Source of the DNA: a virus | Reading direction: 5' to 3' (one strand) | DNA: 64,000 nt | Virus record (IMG/VR): IMGVR_UViG_3300049893_001204 | Location: 13,679 to 77,678 of that record | Notes under the pieces: model-generated | Seen by the model: only the letters and a program-made list of their open reading frames with translations | What the model was told of the DNA's origin: nothing | Database searches by the model: none | Program-made: the position numbers and the translations under genes | Part shown: positions 10,047 through 19,740 of the stretch, piece by piece | How the letters are laid out: each line of letters opens with the position of its first letter | Position numbering within the stretch: position 1 is the stretch's first letter

Positions 10047-12977
10047 TTAACGCTTGCTACGTTTACCTAAGCGACGTTGTTTTTGTGCGTGCGCCTGACT
10101 AAGCGCATGTGCTATGCGCTCAGAAACCCGTTGATCATCGACAGAAAATGTTTCTGTTGTTCCAGGTGGTTCTATTTTAGCGCGTGCGGCTTGGCGTGCA
10201 GCTAATTCAGGATCAATTTCAAGAGCACGTGAGCTTTGAATGGCGGCCTCAATGTCTCCCCCGATAGTTTCTCCAAAATCATAAGCAGCTACAGTTTGAG
10301 CAACTTCTTCAGCAGGAGAAATTCTATCCATAGCCGACAAGCCACGTCGACCTTCTTGCATCATTCGACCAGTGGCACGAGCTTGTCCAGAGCCTCTTGC
10401 AGATAACACCGCCTGCCGTTGAACGTCTAGTGGATCTGCACCTTCTTGATTTGCAATATCTAAAGACATCTGCAAAAAGTCAGTACGCCTCATTGGCCGA
10501 CCAGATCTTTCGCGATAGTCAAGCATTGCAGCAGCAAGTCGCCTACCACCTATTTCTTCAGGAGAAATTTCTTTATTTATTGTGCGATATTTTACTTGAT
10601 CACCAATGTACTCCATTATCTCTTTTTCTTCATTCCATTCATAAACAGGCTCAGAAGATGCAGAAACCAAAGGAACAGTACGTTGCCTTGAAGGTAAAGT
10701 ACGAGAAGGACGTTCAGAAACACTAGCACCCAAACCATAACGCTCACTCAATTGGTCTGTTGCACCAGGTTCAAGAACTCGTTGGCGAGTAGGTTCCGCA
10801 ACTTGCGTAATAGTATTTGCAATTGTAAGTGCTTTATTTAAATAAGGGTTAGTAGAAGGTCCCCCAAGAAATTGACCACCTTTTTTCTGGTGAAGTGTAA
10901 GAGCAAGATCAAGATCTGCCAGCCTATTATTAGTTAGTGATTCGTATGCAGTTTGTACAGCCTGTAGATATTCATAATTATTACGCTTACCTTGTTGTAG
11001 GGTAGGTTCAAACTGACCAACATGACCAAGACCAAGCGTCCACGCCTTTGTTTCTTGTTCATCAATAATTTCAGGAACAGAATAACGAGTTTGACGCAGA
11101 TATTTAGCACCTTCTTCTGTTTGTGCTTCTTGAATCACGCCTTTTTGTAAAAGAATGTCTTGCATTTGAGAAGACAAAGTTGACTCATCAGTAGCAGACA
11201 AACGCTGATAAGGATCAACAAAAGTTTTACGCCGTCTTCCCGCTGGATCCGACAAAGCAACTTCTAAGGGGCCGCGATAAACTTCAGTTGTTTGAAGTTG
11301 TGTATTGATTTGTCCAAGTTGTTTTTGATTAAACTGTTCATGCACTTGATTTACAAACGCAGCAGCTTCTTCTGGTGATTGCCAGTATTTTCCAGTAACC
11401 GGATGTTTATAAAAGAAATTACCATACTCTTGATCAAGTCTTGTTTGTAAACGAGAATCACCAACTAAAGAAACTGGTTTTACTTTTGCGTAGATATTAC
11501 CATTTGAAGATTGGCCTACAAATCCTTGCTGAATATGTTCATCTACAGATAAAACAGGTAAAGAATCAACCTCACCAGAAGTGCCAGCACCTGAGCTGCC
11601 TCCAAATTCTTTTACGCCGCCAATGGCGTATCCAACACCCTGTCCTTTATAACGTTCAGTACCAGAACCTGTGGCACCAGGGGAGGCAACAAATTTAGCT
11701 ACTTCTTCCCTAGGAACAAAAGCAACAGCTTGCCCTACTTCTTCTCCAATGCCGGTTCCCGTCGAAGCATCTGGTGTACCACTTGTACCAATATCCGATT
11801 TACGGATTAAATTACCATATTCATCAAGATACAAAGGTTCGTAATCGCTAACGTCAAATTTGCCGGAAGCTCTCCTTGATATATTTACAACTTCAGGTTT
11901 GCCTTCTTCTCCTCTTTGCACAGTAACCACATCTGCTTGCGAGGCAGGTTTTGCAGACCAACCAAAACCACGCGATTGAATAGCTTGATAATCTCCTGGC
12001 TCTGTAACCAAATAATTTTTAATAGAGTCTTGATAATCATGAGCTAAAAGATTTTCACGTACGTGACGAGTAGCTGTAAAAACAGCATTTGAATCTTTGA
12101 AGGAAAGAACATTTCCTCTAGCATCTTTTATTGCACTAGACATTAATTGTTGTGCTATTGAACGAGGCACAACGTTATCATCTCCAAGATGATTAAGAAT
12201 CACCTCGGTACGAAGCATGCCACGATCATCAAATAGTTTTTGATTCCAATCGCGTGTTATTGGTGCTGGTTGACGTTGTTGCCTGCGTTCTTTTGCTTCA
12301 TTTAATGCTTGTTGTGATGATTTACCAGCTGTTTCCACTTGTGGCGTAGATAAATCATACCCACTTTGCTCCTCTCCGCTAAGGAGAGCATTTCTTACAG
12401 TATTTGCAAGTTCTTGATTTTGTTGTGCACGAACAGCTTTCCGTTCATTTAGCTTTGAAATATAAGAGGGGGATTCTGGATTACGTTCTTCAGAACTTTC
12501 AAGCATTTGCCGTGCTACACGATCGGCAATAGAACCAGGTCGATAAGGAGTTGTAGGACGTGGAATACTCCTAAGTTCTTCGCGTTCCCTTAAATCACGT
12601 AAAAACGAAGTAAGATTATCTTGCGCTCCAACAGGAGGCTCTTTGCTTGGTTGAACAGGCGTTTCCTTGTTAAGATTAGCAATTTCACGAACTGCTTCTT
12701 CACTTGATTGACGCCCGCTGACCAATTCTTCTGCTGCCGCTGGCTGGCGACGCAGCAAACTCCTGGCACCAAAGGCTCCAAGACCTGCAAGACCTAAGCC
12801 TGCCGCCGCAAGACCAAGGTTTTGGAGGAGATTTGACTCTTCGCGGGGGGCAACAAGCTGATTACGGCGAAATGCAAGGACTTCTGGGGCCATCTGAGCC
12901 CTTTCTTCCGGATCTTCTGGTACCGGGACACCTGTGGCACGGCTGTAGGCGTAGAAATCAGCAGGTGCAAGTACCAT
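10047..12977 (-). CDS. Large hypothetical protein (976 aa), likely virion-associated
   Basis: Long ORF with N-terminal hydrophobic Gly/Ala segment; no catalytic motif recognised. Confidence 0.6.
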   Translation of the reverse strand: MVLAPADFYAYSRATGVPVPEDPEERAQMAPEVLAFRRNQLVAPREESNLLQNLGLAAAGLGLAGLGAFGARSLLRRQPAAAEELVSGRQSSEEAVREIANLNKETPVQPSKEPPVGAQDNLTSFLRDLREREELRSIPRPTTPYRPGSIADRVARQMLESSEERNPESPSYISKLNERKAVRAQQNQELANTVRNALLSGEEQSGYDLSTPQVETAGKSSQQALNEAKERRQQRQPAPITRDWNQKLFDDRGMLRTEVILNHLGDDNVVPRSIAQQLMSSAIKDARGNVLSFKDSNAVFTATRHVRENLLAHDYQDSIKNYLVTEPGDYQAIQSRGFGWSAKPASQADVVTVQRGEEGKPEVVNISRRASGKFDVSDYEPLYLDEYGNLIRKSDIGTSGTPDASTGTGIGEEVGQAVAFVPREEVAKFVASPGATGSGTERYKGQGVGYAIGGVKEFGGSSGAGTSGEVDSLPVLSVDEHIQQGFVGQSSNGNIYAKVKPVSLVGDSRLQTRLDQEYGNFFYKHPVTGKYWQSPEEAAAFVNQVHEQFNQKQLGQINTQLQTTEVYRGPLEVALSDPAGRRRKTFVDPYQRLSATDESTLSSQMQDILLQKGVIQEAQTEEGAKYLRQTRYSVPEIIDEQETKAWTLGLGHVGQFEPTLQQGKRNNYEYLQAVQTAYESLTNNRLADLDLALTLHQKKGGQFLGGPSTNPYLNKALTIANTITQVAEPTRQRVLEPGATDQLSERYGLGASVSERPSRTLPSRQRTVPLVSASSEPVYEWNEEKEIMEYIGDQVKYRTINKEISPEEIGGRRLAAAMLDYRERSGRPMRRTDFLQMSLDIANQEGADPLDVQRQAVLSARGSGQARATGRMMQEGRRGLSAMDRISPAEEVAQTVAAYDFGETIGGDIEAAIQSSRALEIDPELAARQAARAKIEPPGTTETFSVDDQRVSERIAHALSQAHAQKQRRLGKRSKR

Positions 12978-13060
12978 GGCTAGCCTTATCTGTTTAATAT
13001 GACCAATATTTGTATTTTAGGATGGTATAGACTTAAAAGTACGCAGGAATTAGAAAACAA

Positions 13061-13273
13061 ATGGACGCCGGTACCAGGCAGAAGCGAGTAGAAGGGCTAG
13101 AAGCTATTAAAAATAAGGCGATGGAGATGGCAAAGTCCGGTAAAGACTCGCTAGAGGTACGTGATTTTGTTACAGAAGCAAGAAAAAGCCTTGCATACGA
13201 ACTTCCTGATGAAGAATCCTTCCAAAAAGCGAAGCAAGCAACCCTTGCTTACCGCAGAAGCAAAGGTGAATAG
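13061..13273 (+). CDS. Hypothetical protein
   Basis: 70-aa ORF followed by terminator. Confidence 0.6.
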   Translation: MDAGTRQKRVEGLEAIKNKAMEMAKSGKDSLEVRDFVTEARKSLAYELPDEESFQKAKQATLAYRRSKGE

Positions 13274-13298
13274 GGTATAAATACGATAAGTAATCAAC

Positions 13299-13323
13299 GC
13301 CGGGGATAACACCCCGGCTTTTT
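13299..13323 (+). terminator. Intrinsic terminator
   Basis: GCCGGGG-ataaca-CCCCGGC followed by T5. Confidence 0.8.
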
Positions 13324-13546
13324 GTTGAAAAGTTTGGGTAAGTCTGTATAAAACACTACATAAATAAAGGTTTTTATTTGGGAAGGGGCTCTTATATACC
13401 CCAAATAGGGAAAAAATTTATCTGGCGCTTCTCCCAACACCCACGCGAAGTGAAATGTGGGAAGAAAAAAAGAAAGGGTGGGTGGGTAAGTAAGAGTAAC
13501 GGGGGCTGCGCATCCGTACCACGCAGAGTTCCATCGCGTTCAGACA

Positions 13547-13849
13547 ATGCAATTGACCAAGGAAGAGCAGAAGTCTTATGACTTCGATACTCGCTGCCAG
13601 ATGGTGGCAAGTTACCTGCATGAAGGTAAGCCTGTATCCATGACTGCGAAGCAGCTAGCTTACTATGGCGTAACGCCGCACCAGGTTATAGCTGAGCTGG
13701 GTGGTTGGCTTCGCTCGGAAGAGCAAGAAGCCTGCTGGGAAGCTGAGCATTTATACGGCGGCAGCCGCCGCAAGCGAACATATGTTGTGTACTGCACCAA
13801 GGTGCAGGACAAGTATGTGTTCAAGGCTAAGGTAGCTGACTACGCTTGA
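13547..13849 (+). CDS. First early-region hypothetical protein
   Basis: 100-aa ORF at the start of the plus-strand block. Confidence 0.6.
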   Translation: MQLTKEEQKSYDFDTRCQMVASYLHEGKPVSMTAKQLAYYGVTPHQVIAELGGWLRSEEQEACWEAEHLYGGSRRKRTYVVYCTKVQDKYVFKAKVADYA

Positions 13850-13850
13850 A

Positions 13851-13890
13851 GGTTACCTCTACCCCTGGGCAACCAGGGGTTTATGTAGCC
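13851..13890 (+). ncRNA. Motif C copy 1 (partial)
   Basis: GGTTAC..ACCCCTGG-GCAA-CCAGGGGT..GTAGCC; third segment missing. Confidence 0.5.
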
Positions 13891-14018
13891 CTCACCCGCG
13901 TTTATTCCCCCATTTCTGATACGAATTCGTATCGCGCGCGATGGGTTTGGGTGTAAGGATGGTCTTCTGGAAGAAGACAGTCTATGCATTAGGTGCCAGA
14001 TATTTTATCATAGGTACA

Positions 14019-14043
14019 TGTCAAGCTGGACGTTAAACGTAGC
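14019..14043 (+). ncRNA. Motif B copy 1 (divergent pseudoknot)
   Basis: TGTC aa GCTG GACG TTAAAC g TAGC. Confidence 0.5.
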
Positions 14044-14068
14044 AGACAACTTGGCGGTCGTTCACGAT

Positions 14069-14102
14069 CTTGGCAGCTGCAATTCCGCAGTGTAAGTCCA
14101 AG
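14069..14102 (+). ncRNA. Motif A copy 1
   Basis: CTTGG CAG CTGC aattcc GCAG TGTAAGT CCAAG. Confidence 0.65.
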
Positions 14103-14312
14103 CTCACCAGGAGAACATTGTGGACTACACCGTTAACATCATCGAGCTTGACAACAACTACTTCCTTCAGGAAGTTTTTGCTGTCACTGAGTTCCAGTAC
14201 GTGGAACAGGTGACTGCAGGGCCGTTTCAGGCTCGATGGCAAGCAGACGTGCAACGTTCTGTTGCTTACCCCGCTTATCGGGGATTAACAGATGAGCATT
14301 GCCGTCTGCAAC

Positions 14313-14392
14313 ACTGAGCTGTAGTACTGCACATCTGTGCAGGGCCAGGTGCAACTCCTGGCCTCAGTTATTGCCTCCAGCGGAGATAGGCA
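14313..14392 (+). ncRNA. Motif D copy 1
   Basis: ACTGAG..GCCAGG TGCAACT CCTGGC CTCAGT TATTGCC hairpin. Confidence 0.55.
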
Positions 14393-14414
14393 CCGCACAC
14401 ACACGGAGAAACCC

Positions 14415-14660
14415 GTGAGCAACCGCGACCAGCACCACCTTGCTCCGCTCAACGGAGACGGCAACCTCCCAACCAGGGAAGAAGCCGGCGAGTACGTCTT
14501 TAACCAGTGCAAGCACTGGATGGAAGAAGGTCACTCGCAGGTGTTAACCCGCGACCAAGGTCTTCAGATTGCCTGCTGGGCATTGAAGATCGCAGGAGCT
14601 CAAGAGCTTCTGACACACGTTATTGCAGAGCTTGTTGAGCTTCCCGATAACTACTGCTGA
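14415..14660 (+). CDS. Hypothetical early protein
   Basis: GTG start downstream of motif D and GGAGA; the ORF-track start at 14337 falls inside the motif. Confidence 0.55.
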   Translation: MSNRDQHHLAPLNGDGNLPTREEAGEYVFNQCKHWMEEGHSQVLTRDQGLQIACWALKIAGAQELLTHVIAELVELPDNYC

Positions 14661-14725
14661 TCCGTAACCAAGCGGGTGGGCAGGTGCAAACCCTGCCCCA
14701 GTTATTGCCACCCACTGAGGGTGGC
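14656..14725 (+). ncRNA. Motif D copy 2
   Basis: GCTG..GGGCAGG TGCAAAC CCTGCCC CAGT TATT GCCACCC actga GGGTGGC. Confidence 0.55.
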
Positions 14726-14949
14726 CTAGCTCAAGTCAATGTCCATGATCAAGAACTGTTTCGTTGTTGTCTTCAACGGCAACGTTGTTGGTATGCATGC
14801 AACTGAGGAGGCAGCTGCTCAGCAAGTATTACAGTTAGCTGAGGAGTGGCAACTTCATGCCGACTGCGGAGCCGAAGTGCCAAAACCAGTATTGGTTGCA
14901 ATGTCTTTCAATGAATGGATGCAGCACGAAAGTGTTGTTGTATTCTGAT

Positions 14950-15003
14950 TTCTGCATCAAGCCCTGAGTAATCAGGGTTTCTTGCAGGACTCAACATCCT
15001 GTA
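14950..15003 (+). ncRNA. Motif C copy 2
   Basis: TTCTGCA..CCCTGA GTAA TCAGGG..TGCAGGA ctcaaca TCCTGTA. Confidence 0.7.
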
Positions 15004-15414
15004 TCCCACACCTCAAGTCAGTTCATGACTGCACTCAACATTCGTAAGAACATTGGCGGTCTGCTCCATGCTACTGCATCAGCAGTGGAGCAGATCAAGG
15101 TACCTACCAAGCAGCAGCTTAATGAGAAGGTAGATGAGTACCGCATTCGTGCGGCTGCACTCATCATGCCTAATGATGCTGCATTTGTTATTCCTGGAGC
15201 TAAGAAGTGAAGAACGATTTTACTGGAGCAGTAGTTGCCATTGCTATTGGCAACGGACTAGGCTTTCTTCTGTCCATTGCTGGACAGAAGATGATCAACA
15301 AGCATCAGATAGCTGTATGTCCGAGCAAACCTAATCATTCACTTGTGATGGTTAGGAGTGTAGTTGGTGACAGCTACTACTGCATTGCTGATAAGTACTT
15401 AGACAAGCACTGAC

Positions 15415-15468
15415 GTTTGCACATTCCCTTGTGGTAACACAAGGGTTTCTGCAGACCTCACGTCTGCA
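15415..15468 (+). ncRNA. Motif C copy 3
   Basis: GTTTGCA..CCCTTGTG GTAA CACAAGGG..TGCAGAC ctcac GTCTGCA. Confidence 0.7.
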
Positions 15469-15748
15469 CCAATTCAACTCAACCCAACTAGGACTATGTC
15501 TCCTGCAAGTGTTGAATATCTGTTGACCCAAGATGCCAGGTTGCTGGCACGCAGGGATTCAACGCCTGCCCATCCTGCTATCGATGCAGAGATTGAGGAC
15601 TGCCGTCAGGCAGCACTTGATCTTTACTTCAAGTGGCAAGATGGGACAGCACAGTTCCAGGAACTTACACCCTTTGTGGTGATCTTGGAGCGCAAGGTTG
15701 AATTAAACCGTGCACTCATCAAGTGGTTGAAGAACCACGAGGATTGAT

Positions 15749-15813
15749 TCCTGTACTTAACCCTACCTATTCCATGTGATAGGTGGGTTTTCTACAGGAC
15801 TTAACATCCTGTA
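15749..15813 (+). ncRNA. Motif C copy 4
   Basis: TCCTGTA..hairpin..TACAGGA cttaaca TCCTGTA. Confidence 0.7.
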
Positions 15814-15839
15814 CACCACAGCACAACTCAGCACTAAAC

Positions 15840-16238
15840 ATGACTGAAGCCATCAAGAAGTATGCAGACTTCCAGCAAGTCGTCTTTCACGGACGCATTG
15901 CATACATGGAAGCTGTCAACTATGACGGCAAAGAATTTCTTGCTGTTACGTTGATGCACACGTTGTCTGAGACAACGGATCTACGGATTCGTTTTACGAA
16001 TGGCAACGGTCTTTTAACTGCCTACCGCAACGGTAATCTTGTGGTTGGTCAGGAGCTTACCATCAGTGGTAACATCAAGGGCATCCGTGCTTTCTACATG
16101 AAAGAGGATGAGCTTGTGCCACTGAAGCATCCTGAGCTACAGGTCCGTTGCATGGGTTATGTCTTTGGTTCCAAGCCAGAGCAGAAACCTGAGGCAGTAG
16201 CAACAGCTGTGCCAACGCTGGAAGAAATTCCATTCTGA
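15840..16238 (+). CDS. SSB-like OB-fold protein (early)
   Basis: VVFHGRI...VGQELTISGNI beta pattern and acidic-aromatic C-terminus EEIPF; start reassigned downstream of motif C. Confidence 0.6.
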   Translation: MTEAIKKYADFQQVVFHGRIAYMEAVNYDGKEFLAVTLMHTLSETTDLRIRFTNGNGLLTAYRNGNLVVGQELTISGNIKGIRAFYMKEDELVPLKHPELQVRCMGYVFGSKPEQKPEAVATAVPTLEEIPF

Positions 16239-16239
16239 T

Positions 16240-16302
16240 TTCTGCACTAAACCCTGCCCATCGTTAGATGGGTGGGTTTTCTGCAGGACTCAACATCCTG
16301 CA
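16240..16302 (+). ncRNA. Motif C copy 5
   Basis: TTCTGCA..hairpin..TGCAGGA ctcaaca TCCTGCA. Confidence 0.7.
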
Positions 16303-16773
16303 AACAGTCTACCCAACATCTCAACACATGCGATTATCAATTGATCAACATGATATCGACGAAGCTTGTGCTGAGTTCGGTATTTCTCAAAGCGACTATT
16401 ACATAACGTGCACATCCAGTGCAATATATATGCACTGGGTAGCAACACCAGAGCAAATCAAGAAGTATTTTGAAACTGGACATTGTTGTTTATGCATAGA
16501 TATAGGAGGTGAATGGATAATATCTGATGAGGTAGAAGATTACAGAATGCCTAATCGTTTAACTGCATGCCGTTACATTCTTGATGCTTGATATGAAACA
16601 CATAGTTTCACTAGGCAACAACCGCTATGTACACCTCGATTCTTATGGTGAGTCTTCTAAGACTCGAGCCGTAAGTCAGGTGATGGTTGTTGCCTTTGCA
16701 CTTGTCATTGCCTGCATTACAGTGCCTGCACTGGTAGGCATTGACATTACCAACATCAACTCAACACAGAACC

Positions 16774-17124
16774 ATGACAACATTAAGCGTTAACACTGCA
16801 CTAATTGAAGAACGTCTGCAGCAGCTTATTACTGCACTCATCAAACAGTTTGATGAATACAGCAGACGAAACTATGGACATCCAAGTGATACTCATTACT
16901 TGTCCTTTGAGATTGTCAAAGGTACCAAGTATTACAAGCTCATTATGAGGCAAGGTACTGGTACATCGGTGCATGCATTTATCAGTCGTCAGACTGGTGC
17001 CATGTACAAACCAGCTAGCTGGAAAGCACCTGCCAAGCACGTCCGGTACAATCTGCTGGATGACACATCATTTGCTGAGTGTCTACGCAGAGCTGACTGG
17101 GCTGGTGGGTATCTATACCTATGA
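16774..17124 (+). CDS. Conserved phage hypothetical protein
   Basis: KYYKL...SVHAFI...TGAMYKPASWKAPAKHVRYNL signature, recalled from cyanophage proteins. Confidence 0.65.
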   Translation: MTTLSVNTALIEERLQQLITALIKQFDEYSRRNYGHPSDTHYLSFEIVKGTKYYKLIMRQGTGTSVHAFISRQTGAMYKPASWKAPAKHVRYNLLDDTSFAECLRRADWAGGYLYL

Positions 17125-17173
17125 GCTTTATCAGTATTCCAGGTAACTAACGTTTACCAGGAATCCAACTAAC

Positions 17174-17213
17174 TGCTGGGCATCCATGGATATACATGGT
17201 GTAAGTCCCAGCA
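17174..17213 (+). ncRNA. Motif A copy 2
   Basis: TGCTGGG CAT CCATG gatata CATGG TGTAAGT CCCAGCA. Confidence 0.75.
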
Positions 17214-17229
17214 AATCACAACTCCTCCT

Positions 17230-17607
17230 ATGAAGGGACGCATTTCAATCCTCAAAGAAGATCGCATCTGGCAGCTGAGAACACAAGGTTATTGCTATGA
17301 CACAATCGCACAGATTGTCAATTGCAAACCTGGTTCAGTTCCAGCTGCACTTAAACGTACAAGACAACGTCCACCACTGGCACAAGATCCAGTAAAACGT
17401 GGACGTGTACGTGGCTTTCTATCTGATGATCAGATCTCTGACATCAGAAAACGCAAAGCACTAGGTGAAACATTACATTCCATTGCAGGTGACTATCACA
17501 TTGAGATATCATCTGTGTGGAATATTGTAACCTACAACTCTTACAAGGAACCATCAGGTGATTCTGGTTACCCATTCAAGTTTGGTAACCGCCTGATGCA
17601 TGGTTAA
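17230..17607 (+). CDS. Tandem HTH DNA-binding protein
   Basis: GYCYDTIAQIVNC and GETLHSIAGDYHIEISSVWNIV helix-turn-helix patterns. Confidence 0.6.
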   Translation: MKGRISILKEDRIWQLRTQGYCYDTIAQIVNCKPGSVPAALKRTRQRPPLAQDPVKRGRVRGFLSDDQISDIRKRKALGETLHSIAGDYHIEISSVWNIVTYNSYKEPSGDSGYPFKFGNRLMHG

Positions 17608-17608
17608 T

Positions 17609-17640
17609 ACCTGGGCATCCTTATGGTGTAAGTCCCAGGT
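17609..17640 (+). ncRNA. Motif A copy 3
   Basis: ACCTGGG CAT CC ttat GG TGTAAGT CCCAGGT. Confidence 0.75.
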
Positions 17641-17887
17641 TGTTTACAACTCACACAAGTTTACTGCAATGGACTCAAATCAATTTGAAAATGACATTCC
17701 TTCTGATGCATTAGATGCATTAGCTGATCTTGCCTATGAGCAAGAAGAAGCAATGAGGGAAGAACTTAACCAACCGGAGGTTTATGATGACCAAACATGA
17801 CTACACCTTTGAGCAGGCATGGGATGATGGCGACATCATCATCATTCTGCTCACAATCATTTCACTTATCATCACGGAAATTGGATC

Positions 17888-18235
17888 ATGTCTAGTGCCA
17901 AGCACTCAACAGCAACAGCACGTAAGTGGATTGCTGTCTACAACACATTCAAAGAGTGTGTTGGCAGAGAACCAACCACCATCTGTGTCTACGAATGCAG
18001 CACTGCATATGGAGGACCACAAGAAGGAGGTTGGTACTACGAAACCGGCTGGCCGCTCAAGACGATCTGCGTCTTCTCCAAAAAGCAAGCCATCCGTGAA
18101 GCCATCCGAGCGGAAGCGGAAACCGAAGAGCAACTTGGTAATCGCAAAGACTATCTCGGATGGAACGCCTGGTGTGTTAACTTCGACGTTGAGTACGCCA
18201 AGCCGTACCCAGAAGAACGTCCTTACTATTGCTGA
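17888..18235 (+). CDS. Conserved phage hypothetical protein
   Basis: AYGGPQEGGWYY motif and PYY C-terminus. Confidence 0.6.
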   Translation: MSSAKHSTATARKWIAVYNTFKECVGREPTTICVYECSTAYGGPQEGGWYYETGWPLKTICVFSKKQAIREAIRAEAETEEQLGNRKDYLGWNAWCVNFDVEYAKPYPEERPYYC

Positions 18236-18823
18236 TACCAATGCAAACAATTGGACAGAATCTCACAATCAACCAGCGTAATCTATATCTGTATTACTTG
18301 AATCATAAGAAGAAGAACAAGAATGCCGTATGCTTTGTTCCAAAGATGCCAATGCAATCAACCCGCATGCAAGACTACTTGCGTGCGATAGAAGCTTTAG
18401 AAGAGAAGAAGCTTATAGCTGTGGACAGAAGCTCAGATAATTACACTGGCTGGATCATTCGAGATCCAAAATAATTACCAGGTAATGCCAGATAGATACT
18501 GGCCTACCTGCTACACAACCCACTGCTATTTAACACAACACCATGGCATTATCCCTTGAGCAACAACTGATTGGTGATCTGATGGGATACCAGCCCATGA
18601 CACCAGAAGAAGCTGCAAAACCAGCGGACACATCACTGTGCAACCGTAAGGTTGAGATGCGTGATGGCTGGCCTCACATCATGTGGCGTAAGGAATGGAC
18701 TCCAGTTCCAACGATGGAAGAGTTGGAGGAATGGACGTTTGATTCCGTATGTTTGACACCAGATGAAGATGAGGTGGAACCAGATGATGTACACTCGTGG
18801 CTTAGTATTCTTGGTTTAATCTA

Positions 18824-19204
18824 ATGCCTTATAAAGATCCGGACAAAAAGCGTGAGTATGATCGCATACGTCGTCAAACTCACAAAGACCAGATCGCCGG
18901 TAATAAACGTAAATGGTCAAATGAAAATCGTGACAAGGTACGTTTAAGAAGTCAACGGCGACGAAAAGAGGATCCAGATTATTTTAAAAGATATCATGCA
19001 AATCAAGACCCTATTAAACGCAAAGCTAGGCACATGATTACAAATCGTGTGCGATCTGGCAAAATGCCAAGTTGTTCAGTATTTACTTGTGCAGATTGCA
19101 ACAAGAAAGCTGAACATTACCATCATGAATCGTATGAACAATGGTGGGCTGTTGTTGCTTTGTGTCAAGAGTGTCATTACCGTAGACACCAAAAACCAAT
19201 TTGA
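18824..19204 (+). CDS. HNH-like/Zn-binding protein
   Basis: Basic N-terminus, CADC...HYHH...LCQECH. Confidence 0.6.
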   Translation: MPYKDPDKKREYDRIRRQTHKDQIAGNKRKWSNENRDKVRLRSQRRRKEDPDYFKRYHANQDPIKRKARHMITNRVRSGKMPSCSVFTCADCNKKAEHYHHESYEQWWAVVALCQECHYRRHQKPI

Positions 19205-19271
19205 TATTAGCAACAACTACGTGAGCCAGATCATCCGCATAGCTGGCTGCGTATACTGGGCATGATCTAAC

Positions 19272-19322
19272 ACTTAGGCATTCACATTATCACACTAGTG
19301 TTATGTGATGTAAGTCCTAAGT
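19272..19322 (+). ncRNA. Motif A copy 4
   Basis: ACTTAGG CAT TCACAT..ATGTGA TGTAAGT CCTAAGT. Confidence 0.7.
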
Positions 19323-19710
19323 ACACAGCTAACACAACACAACAACACCATGGGACGTAGCAAGAAATCTGATGGGCCCTCACCAGATTATCCCCAAGGT
19401 CTACACAATGTCACATTTAAAGACATTAGCGAAGATGATTGGTGGTTAATCATTCATCTGTTTGAAGGACGCATTGAATACTTTCAACGGAGGTTGAATG
19501 ACATCATGCAGACTGGAGACCCTGACTTGATGGATAACACAACTCAGTGGTACAGAGAATCAATTGCACGTCTGACCAAGAGACTAACTGAGTTTGAAGA
19601 TCAGATTAGTCCTGTTTACTTCAGACGTAAACGTGCAGAGAAAGCTGCGCGATGCAAGCAGTACAACCTACCTATTGACAAGAACGATCTAACAACTAGA
19701 ACTTGATAAG

Positions 19711-19740
19711 CCTGGGCATCCGTAAGGTGTAAGTCCCAGG
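19711..19740 (+). ncRNA. Motif A copy 5
   Basis: CCTGGG CAT CC gtaa GG TGTAAGT CCCAGG. Confidence 0.75.

Noticed and set aside
17784-18281. 165-aa ORF as a full protein
   Set aside because: Beyond about 35 residues it overlaps the motif-bearing 17888-18235 ORF and reads as low-complexity shadow frame; only the hydrophobic N-terminus is plausible.
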